This document shows, in pieces, positions 17,842 to 26,239 of a stretch of 64,000 bases of DNA. Position numbers and translations under genes: made by a program. Position 1 is the first letter of the stretch, and the number at the start of each line of letters is the position of its first letter. Origin of the DNA: Heliomicrobium sp. (GTDB taxonomy: Bacteria > Acidobacteriota > Blastocatellia > RBC074); contig JAJNQA010000048.1 in the NCBI GenBank assembly GCA_021155085.1, forward strand, positions 4,023-68,022, given 5' to 3'. The notes beneath the pieces were generated by a model that was not told the origin of the DNA, searched no databases, and worked only from the letters and a program-made list of their open reading frames with translations.

Positions 17842-19035
17842 ATGCTGACAGCGGATTTAGCGATAGCTTTTCAACGCGGCGACCGCATTCAGCCGCGCCG
17901 TCTGGAGCCGGACGACGCGCATTTGAGCGTTGCCGAAGACCTCATCCGCATTTTCGCGGAGCATCTCACTTTGCGCCGCGCCGAACTGAATCGGTCATTG
18001 GACGAATACGTCGGCACGGGGACCGATTACAGAATCCTGCGCGGGATGATCAAGCTGCTGATGGATGTGTGCGAGTTCCAGACCGGCGCCGACATCGTAC
18101 CGGAGCAGCTTCGCCAAAAGCTGTTTCTGAAAGCCAAAGCGCATCACCCGGTGACGCCCGCGCTTCGCCGGCAGCTTCTAGCCGAAGTTGCCGAAGAATT
18201 GGGGGCGGAGGCGGAAACCATCGCGGCCAGCCTCTACGCCGACTTGACGGACAATCAACGCCTGATTGCGTTTGACGCGCCAGAGGCGGCGGGCTTGATT
18301 GACTGTTATAACCTGGCGCAGGCGCAGGCGCTGCTGTATCGCTGCGTCGAGATGCGGTTGACGGTTCAGCCGCAGGAGGTGGCCGGGTATCGCCAGTTGT
18401 TTGCGGCAATCAAACGCTACGATCTGATTCACACGATCAAAGGGCGGGCTGACCGGGGCTATGAAGTTGTTTTGAGCGGGCCAGTTTCGCTTTTTCACCG
18501 CTCGCAAAAGTACGGCATTCGGATGGCGGTGTTTCTGCCCGCGCTGTTGGAATGTTCGGGCTGGCGAATGCGCGCGGAGATTGAAACCAAACGCGGCAAT
18601 GCGTTTTTTGAACTCAGCAGCGAGCAGAAAAATTTGCCGATGTTGCCGGAAGCGGCCTGGATGGGCGGCGGGGAATTACTGGAAAAGTTTTTAACGGCGT
18701 GGACGAAGCTTCAAAGCCAGTGGCGGGCTGAAACCTGCCGGGAAGTGATTGATCTGGGCGGCACGGCGTTCGTGCCCGACGCGGTGCTGGAAGATGCAAC
18801 AGGCCGGAAAGTCTACGTCGAATTGTTTGGCTTCTGGACGCCGCGTTATCTGAAAGACCGGCTGGAAGAGTTCGCGCGCGGCGGTTTTACAAACTTTGTG
18901 CTGCTGGTGTCGGAGGAATTGCGCGGCAGCCGCGAAGCGCCCGCCAATCTGCCGCCGAACGTCGTCAGTTATAAAACTTCGCCGGATGCGCGCACGGTGC
19001 TGGCGGCGGTGGAACACATTCAGCAACTCATCTGA
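17842..19035 (+). CDS. DUF790 / Bax1-like nuclease family protein (397 aa)
   Basis: The N-terminal pattern MLTADL...RIQPRRLEPDD...AEDLIRIF...RRAELNRSLDEYVGTGTDYRILRGMIKLLMD.CEF matches my memory of DUF790. The C-terminal part looks like a restriction-endonuclease fold (FVPDAVLED...KVYVELFGFWTPRYLKDRLEEF). Confidence 0.75.
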   Translation: MLTADLAIAFQRGDRIQPRRLEPDDAHLSVAEDLIRIFAEHLTLRRAELNRSLDEYVGTGTDYRILRGMIKLLMDVCEFQTGADIVPEQLRQKLFLKAKAHHPVTPALRRQLLAEVAEELGAEAETIAASLYADLTDNQRLIAFDAPEAAGLIDCYNLAQAQALLYRCVEMRLTVQPQEVAGYRQLFAAIKRYDLIHTIKGRADRGYEVVLSGPVSLFHRSQKYGIRMAVFLPALLECSGWRMRAEIETKRGNAFFELSSEQKNLPMLPEAAWMGGGELLEKFLTAWTKLQSQWRAETCREVIDLGGTAFVPDAVLEDATGRKVYVELFGFWTPRYLKDRLEEFARGGFTNFVLLVSEELRGSREAPANLPPNVVSYKTSPDARTVLAAVEHIQQLI

Positions 19036-19052
19036 ACGAATTGAAGCCGAGG

Positions 19053-19823
19053 CTACTTCGTCACTCCGCGCTGGGACCTTTCGATGAATTCGATCAGGTA
19101 ATCAATTTCGGGAGAGCCAGCCATTTCGGTTTTGAGCTGTTCGAGCGCCTGTGACGTGTTCAGTTTGGAGGTCAGCAGAATATGGAACGCATGCTGGATG
19201 CGGCGGATCGCTTCGTTGGAAAAACCTTTGCGGCGCAGCCCGACGGCATTCGCGCCGTAACACTTCGCCTCCGTGCCGTCTGTGCGGGCGTAGGGCAGGG
19301 CGTCCTTGACGATTTTCGACATGCCGCCGATGAAAGCGTGCGAGCCGATGCGGCAGAACTGATGCACGCCGACAAATGCGCCGAGAATGATGTCGTCTTC
19401 AATGGTCACATGCCCGGCCAGCGACGCCAGATTGGCAAAGACGTTGCGCGAACCGACGATGGAATCGTGTGCGACGTGGGCCTGGGCCATAAACAGATTG
19501 TCGTCGCCAACGGAGGTCAGTCCGCCGCCGCCGACGGTGCCGCGATTCATGGTGACGGATTCGCGTATGACATTGCGCTGGCCGATGATCAGGCGGGTTT
19601 CCTCGCCCTTGTACTTCAAATCCTGCGGCGGCTGCCCCAATGAAGCGAACGGATAAATCTGCGTACCCTGGCCAATTTCGCAAGGGCCGGCGATGACGAC
19701 ATGGCTGGCGATTTCCACCTGATCGTGAATGACGACCTGTTCACCAATGATCGAATAGGGGCCGACGCTGACCTCTGCGCCAAGCTCGGCTTTGGAACTG
19801 ATAATTGCGGTTGGATGAATCAT
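19053..19823 (-). CDS. lpxA: Acyl-ACP--UDP-N-acetylglucosamine O-acyltransferase
   Basis: It has left-handed beta-helix hexapeptide repeats, an MIHPTAIIS... N-terminus, and lpxD-fabZ-lpxA synteny. The start is set at the ATG at 19823. The upstream extension to 19856 runs through a palindromic repeat. Confidence 0.9.
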   Translation of the reverse strand: MIHPTAIISSKAELGAEVSVGPYSIIGEQVVIHDQVEIASHVVIAGPCEIGQGTQIYPFASLGQPPQDLKYKGEETRLIIGQRNVIRESVTMNRGTVGGGGLTSVGDDNLFMAQAHVAHDSIVGSRNVFANLASLAGHVTIEDDIILGAFVGVHQFCRIGSHAFIGGMSKIVKDALPYARTDGTEAKCYGANAVGLRRKGFSNEAIRRIQHAFHILLTSKLNTSQALEQLKTEMAGSPEIDYLIEFIERSQRGVTK

Positions 19824-19827
19824 AAAG

Positions 19828-19892
19828 TTTGTAGTCCCGCCCTGAGGCGGAAGCATCGCTAACCAGAAATGCCGGCTGAAGCCGGTACTACG
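19828..19892. repeat. REP-like palindromic element (GTAGTCCCGCC-CTGA-GGCGG ... GCCGGCTGAAGCCGGTACTAC)
   Basis: Two short GC hairpins sit between fabZ and lpxA, and the second overlaps the fabZ stop codon. The element shares the 16-mer CGGGACTACAAACTTT, in reverse orientation, with 5874..5892. Confidence 0.6.
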
Positions 19893-20334
19893 AACTTACT
19901 TTTTTGTGTTTGTCTGCAATTGCGGAGGAAATGACGGCTTCGGCTGCTAACTGGCCCTCAACATAAGCTTCGGCGCGCAGCTTGGCGTATCCCATTTTGT
20001 ATTTCAGCACGGTGACTTCCAGCCGCAGTTGATCCCCTGGAACCACCGGGCGGCGGAATTTGGCTTCTTCGATGCCGGTGAAAAACAGCAGCTTGCTTTC
20101 GCGGTCGGGAACTTCGCGAAAGAGCAACACGGCTCCGGCCTGGGCCATGGCTTCGATGATGTAAACGCCGGGATAAACCGGCGCGCCGGGAAAATGGCCT
20201 TGAAAGACCTGTTCGTTCATGGTGACGTTCTTGATCGCCACGATCTTTTTCAGGGGTTCAAGTTCGATGACACGGTCAATCAGCAGCATTGGATAACGAT
20301 GCGGGATGATTTGTTGAATTTCGTTGATGTCCAT
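19888..20334 (-). CDS. fabZ: 3-hydroxyacyl-ACP dehydratase
   Basis: It has FabZ hot-dog motifs (IPHRYPMLLIDRV, FQGHFPGAPVYPGV), a size of 148 aa, and the expected synteny. Confidence 0.92.
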   Translation of the reverse strand: MDINEIQQIIPHRYPMLLIDRVIELEPLKKIVAIKNVTMNEQVFQGHFPGAPVYPGVYIIEAMAQAGAVLLFREVPDRESKLLFFTGIEEAKFRRPVVPGDQLRLEVTVLKYKMGYAKLRAEAYVEGQLAAEAVISSAIADKHKKVSS

Positions 20335-20374
20335 AAGTCAGTCTTCGTGGGTGGTGACTGGCAACCGGATCAGT

Positions 20375-21421
20375 TTACCGGTCACTCTTCACATCCACGC
20401 TTTTTTCCAGTTTCTTTAGTCGGTCGAAAATTTCGGGTAAACGTGTGTAAAGCACATGGGCTTTGCGCCATTGTTGATAATCCATGGCAGCCATCATGCC
20501 GCCGATCAGTTTGCCAGCTTCGACGCTTTTCGTCACGCCGGTGCGGGCGGTGATGATCACGCCGTCGCCGACCGTGATGTGCTGATTGGTCCCGATCTGG
20601 CCGGCGATGATGCAGCGCTTGCCAATTTTGGTTCCGCCGGAAAAGCCAGCCAGCGCCGCCACAACGGTGTCTTCGCCGATTTCGACGTTGTGGCCGATCT
20701 GAATCAGGTTGTCGAATTTGGCTCCCCGGTGAATTCTGGTTTCGCCGAAACCGGCGCGGTCCACGCAGCAGTTTGCGCCGATTTCGACATCGTCTTCGAT
20801 CACGACGCGACCGGTTTGCAGCAGTTTGAACTGTCGGCCCTGTTCGTCAGGCGTGAAGCTGAAGCCGTCCGCGCCGATGACCGTCCCGCTGTGGATGCGG
20901 CAGCGCGCGCCGATTTCGGTGGCTTCGTAAACCGCAACGTTGGGGAAGAGAATCGTGTCATCCCCGACGTGGCAATCGTCGCCGATGACCACGCCCGGAT
21001 GAAGCGTGACGCGGTCGCCGATCACCGAATGGCGGCCAATCGTGACGCGCGGGTGAATGGAGCAATCCGCGCCGATTTGCGAACCTTCGCCGATGGCCAA
21101 ATCCTTGCTGATGCCGCGCGCCTGATACGGTCTGGCGTGGAACGCCTGGATGGCGCGGGCGAAGGCAAGTTTGGCGTCTTTGGCCAGGAGCAGGTTTCGG
21201 CCTGCCAGTTTGTCGCTGTCAGCCAGCCTGGCGGGAATAATAAATGCCGCTGCCGGGGATTCCTGCGCCTGTGACAAACGGGCCGCGTCTGAAATGAAGG
21301 TGATTTCGCCGGATTGCGCTGAACCGAGCGAGTTGACGCCGGTGACGTTGCTTTCGCCGGCGGCGGGCGATCCGGCTTTTAGTTCGGCCTGGATGGATTG
21401 AGCGAGTTCGGCAAGTGTCAT
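20375..21421 (-). CDS. lpxD: UDP-3-O-acylglucosamine N-acyltransferase
   Basis: It has an LpxD-type N-terminus (MTLAELAQSIQAELKAG) and a long hexapeptide-repeat region. The start is set at the ATG at 21421. The ORF-track start at 21451 is a TTG. Confidence 0.9.
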   Translation of the reverse strand: MTLAELAQSIQAELKAGSPAAGESNVTGVNSLGSAQSGEITFISDAARLSQAQESPAAAFIIPARLADSDKLAGRNLLLAKDAKLAFARAIQAFHARPYQARGISKDLAIGEGSQIGADCSIHPRVTIGRHSVIGDRVTLHPGVVIGDDCHVGDDTILFPNVAVYEATEIGARCRIHSGTVIGADGFSFTPDEQGRQFKLLQTGRVVIEDDVEIGANCCVDRAGFGETRIHRGAKFDNLIQIGHNVEIGEDTVVAALAGFSGGTKIGKRCIIAGQIGTNQHITVGDGVIITARTGVTKSVEAGKLIGGMMAAMDYQQWRKAHVLYTRLPEIFDRLKKLEKSVDVKSDR

Positions 21422-21523
21422 AACAAATGCAGAACGCTGAACAACGGGCAATGCGCATTCGCGGTTATCACTCGCCGTTCAGCGTTCGACTTTCAACGCC
21501 AGAGATGTGGGATGGATTGGCGG

Positions 21524-22150
21524 TTACTTCTTCGGAGCCGCGGTTCCGCCGGTGTTGATTTTGTTGAACTCCTTCATGAAGTCTTCCGTGATGTCGGTCG
21601 CGGTCGAAGCCCACAGCAGGACGCCGGCTTGTTGAACCGCGCCGCCTTCCATCACCATCACGATGCCGCGTTGCTGGCAATAGGAATCGAGGAACTTCAT
21701 GATTTTGTCGGAGACGGGTTGATAGGCTTCCGCCAGGCGTTTTTGACCGAGGGCTTCATAATCTTCGGCCAGGCGCTTGAGTTTTTTCTCTTTTTCCGTG
21801 CCTTCGTCCACCCATTGGGCGCGAACTTGAGCGCTGACGGTCGGACCTTGCGTCTGGATCTTGTTCTTCAGATTGTTGACTTCTTCTTCCAGAGACTGGA
21901 CTTCCTTTTTCTTCGGCTCGAATTCCTTGTTGAGCGCATCAATTCTTTCTTTCAGCTCGAAGATGCCATCGCGAAAGCGAGAACTGTTGAGGTAGGCCAG
22001 TTTCCCCTCGGCCCCTGTGCCGCCGGCCGCGGATGCGGCTGCCGGCGCCGCGTTGCTGGCTGCCGGGCGGGCGGGCGGCGTCGGCGTTTGCGCGAATGCC
22101 ACCGCTGAGAGCGCGGCGGTGACGGCGAATGCAAAAATCAATCTCTTCAT
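21524..22150 (-). CDS. skp: OmpH/Skp-family periplasmic chaperone
   Basis: It has the signal peptide MKRLIFAFAVTAALSAVAFAQ and a coiled-coil-rich, lysine-rich body. It lies between bamA and lpxD. AGGAG precedes the ATG at 22150. Confidence 0.8.
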   Translation of the reverse strand: MKRLIFAFAVTAALSAVAFAQTPTPPARPAASNAAPAAASAAGGTGAEGKLAYLNSSRFRDGIFELKERIDALNKEFEPKKKEVQSLEEEVNNLKNKIQTQGPTVSAQVRAQWVDEGTEKEKKLKRLAEDYEALGQKRLAEAYQPVSDKIMKFLDSYCQQRGIVMVMEGGAVQQAGVLLWASTATDITEDFMKEFNKINTGGTAAPKK

Positions 22151-22257
22151 TTTCTTCACACTCCTAACAAAAATATCTGACAAACCTGCGGTTTGTCGCG
22201 AGTTGCTAATCGGAAAACCTGCCGGAGACAATCCGTCTGCCGGATGCTGGCCTGCCG

Positions 22258-22833
22258 CTACTTGGCGCTGGCCGCTCCCGCCGGAGCCGGATAAGCCTTG
22301 TTATATTCCTTGACGAAATCTTCGGTGATATTGGCAGCCGGGGAAGCATAGATGACGATTCCTGTTTCCTGCAGTGCGCGGCCATCAAAGACGTAGGTGA
22401 TGCCGTGTTTCGTGCAGTACTGTTCCAGGAATTTCCCCAGCTTTTCCTTGATGGGCCCGGTTTCATCATCCTCACGCTTGCGAACCTGCACTTGGAAATC
22501 TTCAACCGTGCGGGTGTATTCTTTTTTGCCCGCCTCGAACTCATCGGTAAGCTTGGCGGCCTGCTGCGGAGTCAGGTTTGTATTTTCCTTCAACACTTTT
22601 TCCTGCGACGCCAATTTGGTCTGCATCGCCTGGATTTCACGGTCGCGAGGAGCGAATTCGGCTTGCAGCTTGTCATATTTGGCCTTGAGTTCGCCGATGG
22701 CGTCGCGGAAGGCCAGCACGTCAACAATGCCGATTTTGGGTTTGCCCGCCTGTGCCTGCGCCCGCGCCTCGCCGCCGGCAACCAATAGCAGCAGAAGCAT
22801 CAACGCAAGGGTGGTTATAAGCTTGGTTTTCAT
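22258..22833 (-). CDS. skp: OmpH/Skp-family periplasmic chaperone (second tandem copy)
   Basis: It has a signal peptide and coiled-coil, and the C-terminal pattern is shared with the other copy (...YC..HGI..V.DG.A....G....A.....ITEDF.KE.NK). The ATG at 22833 has GGAG upstream. Confidence 0.8.
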   Translation of the reverse strand: MKTKLITTLALMLLLLLVAGGEARAQAQAGKPKIGIVDVLAFRDAIGELKAKYDKLQAEFAPRDREIQAMQTKLASQEKVLKENTNLTPQQAAKLTDEFEAGKKEYTRTVEDFQVQVRKREDDETGPIKEKLGKFLEQYCTKHGITYVFDGRALQETGIVIYASPAANITEDFVKEYNKAYPAPAGAASAK

Positions 22834-22943
22834 TCTCAAGAAGTCTCCAGTCTGTTCGATGGTTGGTAGTTGGTGGCCGGTGGTTGGTGATCGGTTGAAG
22901 ATCGGTCTTCATACCGACCACCAGCCACCAGCGCCAGCCGCCC

Positions 22944-25910
22944 TTAAAACGTTCGTCCGACGCTGAAGCGCATCACCGTGCGGCGCTCGATGAACAGCAC
23001 GGTCGGATCGGTAATATCTGTTTTCGCCTGGGGGTTGTAGGCGAAGATCAAACGGAACGGCACGTTGATGACAGGCAACTGCACGCGAAACTCCAGGCCC
23101 ATTGAAGAGCGGAGGTCGGAAAGGAACTTCACGTTCTGTTCCGAAGTGCGGACAATGCTGTAATCGCGCGAATCCCCCTGCAGAAAGATTGTCCGGTAGC
23201 CAATCGCATTGCCCAACACATCGCGCGGCGCGCTGGCCAGTTCTTCGGGCGTCGCCACACGGCCAGCCGGGTTGAGCGTGACGCCGCTGGGCGTGATGGT
23301 TTGATTGATGAAGTTGGTCGTGGACAACTGATCCTGGTACTTGCGCGCGTTGAAGGAGGAGCCGACGTCCGCGAATGCCGCAATCGAAAGCACGCTGAAC
23401 ACCGGGATGCGGTATTCCAGGTTGTAGATAAACTGGGTATCGCCGCCGATCGGCGTAAAGAACCGGCGCGCCCGCAGCACATTGCAGGCCGCCGAACCTG
23501 CCTCCGGGCAATTGCCTTCCGGCGCTTCAAAGGTGTAATTGCGGATCACGCTTTGGGCGACGGTGCCCGCCGGAGCGTCAATTAGCTTGGTCGAATCCGC
23601 CGGGTCAACCACTTTCGCCGAAACGTTTCTTGTGGACAGGAACGAATCGGCGGGCACGACCGGCGAGATCGAACGGAAATTGTATCCGCGAATATCGAAT
23701 TCTCCGCCCAGATAGTAACGTTCAAAGAGCGGGATTCCGCCGACGAACGACAGTGTCTGAGTCGTGAACGGCGTGCCGAAGGACCGGATATGATCGGCGC
23801 GCAAGCGCATGGCCACGACGTGTGGTTTCTCCGTCCGGCGCCGAAATACGGGTTTGAAGAACTGATACTCCAGCGATGGCGCAAAGGTGTTCACGTCGCC
23901 GCCGAGAATGCCGCCCGAAAGCGAGAAGCCCAAAAACAGGCTTTGTCCATTGGTCGGATCCAGCGTGCCGTTCTTCGTGTTGTAGTAGATATTCGGCGTG
24001 ATGCGGCTGGTCAGAATGCGCGGTTGCGAGAACGTTACTGGAATGTCGTTCGTCGGGTCGCCATCGGTATTGACATTCGGATCTTGAATGCTGTTGGTCG
24101 CCAGCGAATACGACAATCCAAAGCGTGTCGAGCGCGCGAAGGTCGGAAACTTCTTGGTGAACAATGCCAGCGGAGAGGAAATGTTGATCGAACCGCCGGT
24201 TGTCCGCTGCGTGAAGAGCGTGTCGGCATCAACCGAAGACAGGCCGAAGAAGCTGGCCTGCAAAATCTGATCCGCCTGCGCGAAGTTGAATCCCTGGCCG
24301 ATGTATTGGTACCGGGAAGTGAAAAGCTGGAAACCCAATTGAATCGGTTTGCCGAACAGATACGGTTCGGTAAATCCAAATTGCGCCGAAAGCTGACGAT
24401 TGCCGCCTGACAGCGCCAGGCTCAGGGATTCACCATAACCGAGCAGGTTATTGGTTGAATACGTGATGCCGAAGAAACTGCCGGCAAAGCCCGAAACGCC
24501 GCCGTTCAACTGAATTTCCTGACGCCCGCGCTCTTTGACTTGCAGGTCAATGTCCACGGTCTGATCGCGGTCGTTGGTGCGGGTGATCGCGTCCTTTTCC
24601 TTGACCTCTTCAAACAAGCCGAGTTGATTGAGGCGATTCAGGGAAAAGTCCCAGTATCGTTTGTTGTACGGATCGCCTTCGTTCAGCAACACCTCGCGGC
24701 GCAACACCACGTCGCGCGTGTTGGTGTTGCCAATGAACTCCAGGCGGCGCAGGCTGAATTGACGGCCTTCGTCAACTTCCAGCGTCACTTCAACCTCGCC
24801 CTCTTCGGCGGTTTTGTCAGTGAATTTGGGAATGAAATCCACGCTGGCCTGAATGTACCCCTGGGTGCCGTAAACGTCCTTGATTCCCTTGTAGACGTTT
24901 TCCTGAATCTTTTTGGCGTCAACGTAATCGCCTTCCCGCAGACCGGACACGGCTTTGACAATCCCCGGCTGGAAGATGGTCACGCCTTTTTCTTCGACTT
25001 TGGTGATTTTGTAACGGCGACCGACTTCGATGGGAATACTGATTTTCTTGCCGGGGCCGGTCTTGCGCAGTCCTGGAATCGGCAGCGGGAATCCGCCGGA
25101 AACCGTTCCGGCATCTTCCACCACAGGCTCGCCAATTTTGGCCTGGAGATAACCTTTCGTGCCCAGGAAGAACCGCACACGCTCAAGATCATCCAGCAGC
25201 TTCTCTTTGAAGTAGATGTCCTTGGAGGTAAAGGTCGAAATCAGGCCGGCTTCCTTGACCAGCTTCATTGCGCCGCGCAAGCGCCGTTGCGAAAAGCCGT
25301 CGCGGTCGCCGGTGAATTCAATATCCTTGACACGGACGCGCGGACCTTCTTCCACATTGAAGATGAGGGCGACCGTCGTGGCGGAAATGTCTTCGACTTC
25401 GATCTGGACGACGGCGTTCGGATGGCCTTTTTCGGCCAGCAACTCTTTCAGCACCAGCCGCGCGCCGTTGGCCTTGGCCGGATCGAATTGCGATTCCTTG
25501 CTGATTTGTGAGCGGCGCTCCTTGAATCGGGTCAGCACTTCGCTTTCGGTCGCTGATTTCATGCCCCGGTACTGAAGGTCGCGGATAATCGGATATTCCT
25601 TCACCTGAAAGATGATGATCTTGCCGCCGCGCGGCCCATCTTCAACGTAAAGTTTGGTTCCGAGTGGATCGAACAGTCCCATTTGCAGAATCGCCTGTAA
25701 GTCACGATTGGCCAAACTCTGGTCAAAACGATCCTGCGGTTTACTCTGGACGTAATAAAGGATTGATTCTTTGGGAATTCGGCGGTTGCCGCGAATTTCC
25801 ACGTCTTCAACGAAGACGTCCTGATTTTGCGAAAATGCCGGACGAACTGAGACAAGGGTAACAAATACTAGAATCAGTGCGCTTGCCACAAAGGTAATGC
25901 GCTTGGTCAT
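22944..25910 (-). CDS. bamA: Outer membrane protein assembly factor BamA (988 aa)
   Basis: An N-terminal signal is followed by repeated POTRA-like modules (VEDVEIRGNRRIPKESILYYV..., IKDIEFTGDRDGFSQRRLRGAM..., LRRLEFIGNTNTRDVVLRREV...). The C-terminal barrel ends in ...RFSVGRTF. It shows synteny with skp and lpxD. Confidence 0.92.
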   Translation of the reverse strand: MTKRITFVASALILVFVTLVSVRPAFSQNQDVFVEDVEIRGNRRIPKESILYYVQSKPQDRFDQSLANRDLQAILQMGLFDPLGTKLYVEDGPRGGKIIIFQVKEYPIIRDLQYRGMKSATESEVLTRFKERRSQISKESQFDPAKANGARLVLKELLAEKGHPNAVVQIEVEDISATTVALIFNVEEGPRVRVKDIEFTGDRDGFSQRRLRGAMKLVKEAGLISTFTSKDIYFKEKLLDDLERVRFFLGTKGYLQAKIGEPVVEDAGTVSGGFPLPIPGLRKTGPGKKISIPIEVGRRYKITKVEEKGVTIFQPGIVKAVSGLREGDYVDAKKIQENVYKGIKDVYGTQGYIQASVDFIPKFTDKTAEEGEVEVTLEVDEGRQFSLRRLEFIGNTNTRDVVLRREVLLNEGDPYNKRYWDFSLNRLNQLGLFEEVKEKDAITRTNDRDQTVDIDLQVKERGRQEIQLNGGVSGFAGSFFGITYSTNNLLGYGESLSLALSGGNRQLSAQFGFTEPYLFGKPIQLGFQLFTSRYQYIGQGFNFAQADQILQASFFGLSSVDADTLFTQRTTGGSINISSPLALFTKKFPTFARSTRFGLSYSLATNSIQDPNVNTDGDPTNDIPVTFSQPRILTSRITPNIYYNTKNGTLDPTNGQSLFLGFSLSGGILGGDVNTFAPSLEYQFFKPVFRRRTEKPHVVAMRLRADHIRSFGTPFTTQTLSFVGGIPLFERYYLGGEFDIRGYNFRSISPVVPADSFLSTRNVSAKVVDPADSTKLIDAPAGTVAQSVIRNYTFEAPEGNCPEAGSAACNVLRARRFFTPIGGDTQFIYNLEYRIPVFSVLSIAAFADVGSSFNARKYQDQLSTTNFINQTITPSGVTLNPAGRVATPEELASAPRDVLGNAIGYRTIFLQGDSRDYSIVRTSEQNVKFLSDLRSSMGLEFRVQLPVINVPFRLIFAYNPQAKTDITDPTVLFIERRTVMRFSVGRTF

Positions 25911-26167
25911 GAAGCTTCTCCCACCTATGTTGATCGTTCTAGGATCGGCCAGGAGTTGGCGCTGTCCGTGAATGCTTGCAAATTAAGCCGCGCGCTCACA
26001 GTTCAGCGCGACTTTCAGACATGGCCCAGCAACATTGTTGCTGAAAGGCACGCCCGCTGAACGATCTACATTGCCAAGATTGCAGTGATAAATTTAAGGT
26101 TACGTATTATACGCAAAGAGCCTGTGATTGAAATAGTCAGCCGAAACTTTCCCGCTGAACGCAGAAA

Positions 26168-26232
26168 GGCCACGAACTGACGCGAACTGAAAAAGTGATA
26201 ACTCTTTTCGCGATTCGCGCGAATTCGTGGCC
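26168..26232. repeat. Palindromic element downstream of the clpC-like gene (possible terminator)
   Basis: The arms ggccacgaa ... ttcgtggcc (9 bp) flank internal cgcgaa/ttcgcg repeats and a direct cgaactga x2. The element begins 8 nt after the stop codon. Confidence 0.4.
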
Positions 26233-26239
26233 GTAAATC

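Noticed and set aside
19824-19856. N-terminal extensions given by the ORF track. These are lpxA to 19856, skp to 22231, the secreted protein to 33321, the kinase to 62380, the methyltransferase to 5812, type B3 to 17698 and the GHMP kinase to 44017.
   Set aside because: The extensions start at TTG or GTG codons, run through palindromic repeats or Shine-Dalgarno sequences, and precede an internal ATG that has a good RBS and a canonical N-terminus or signal peptide.
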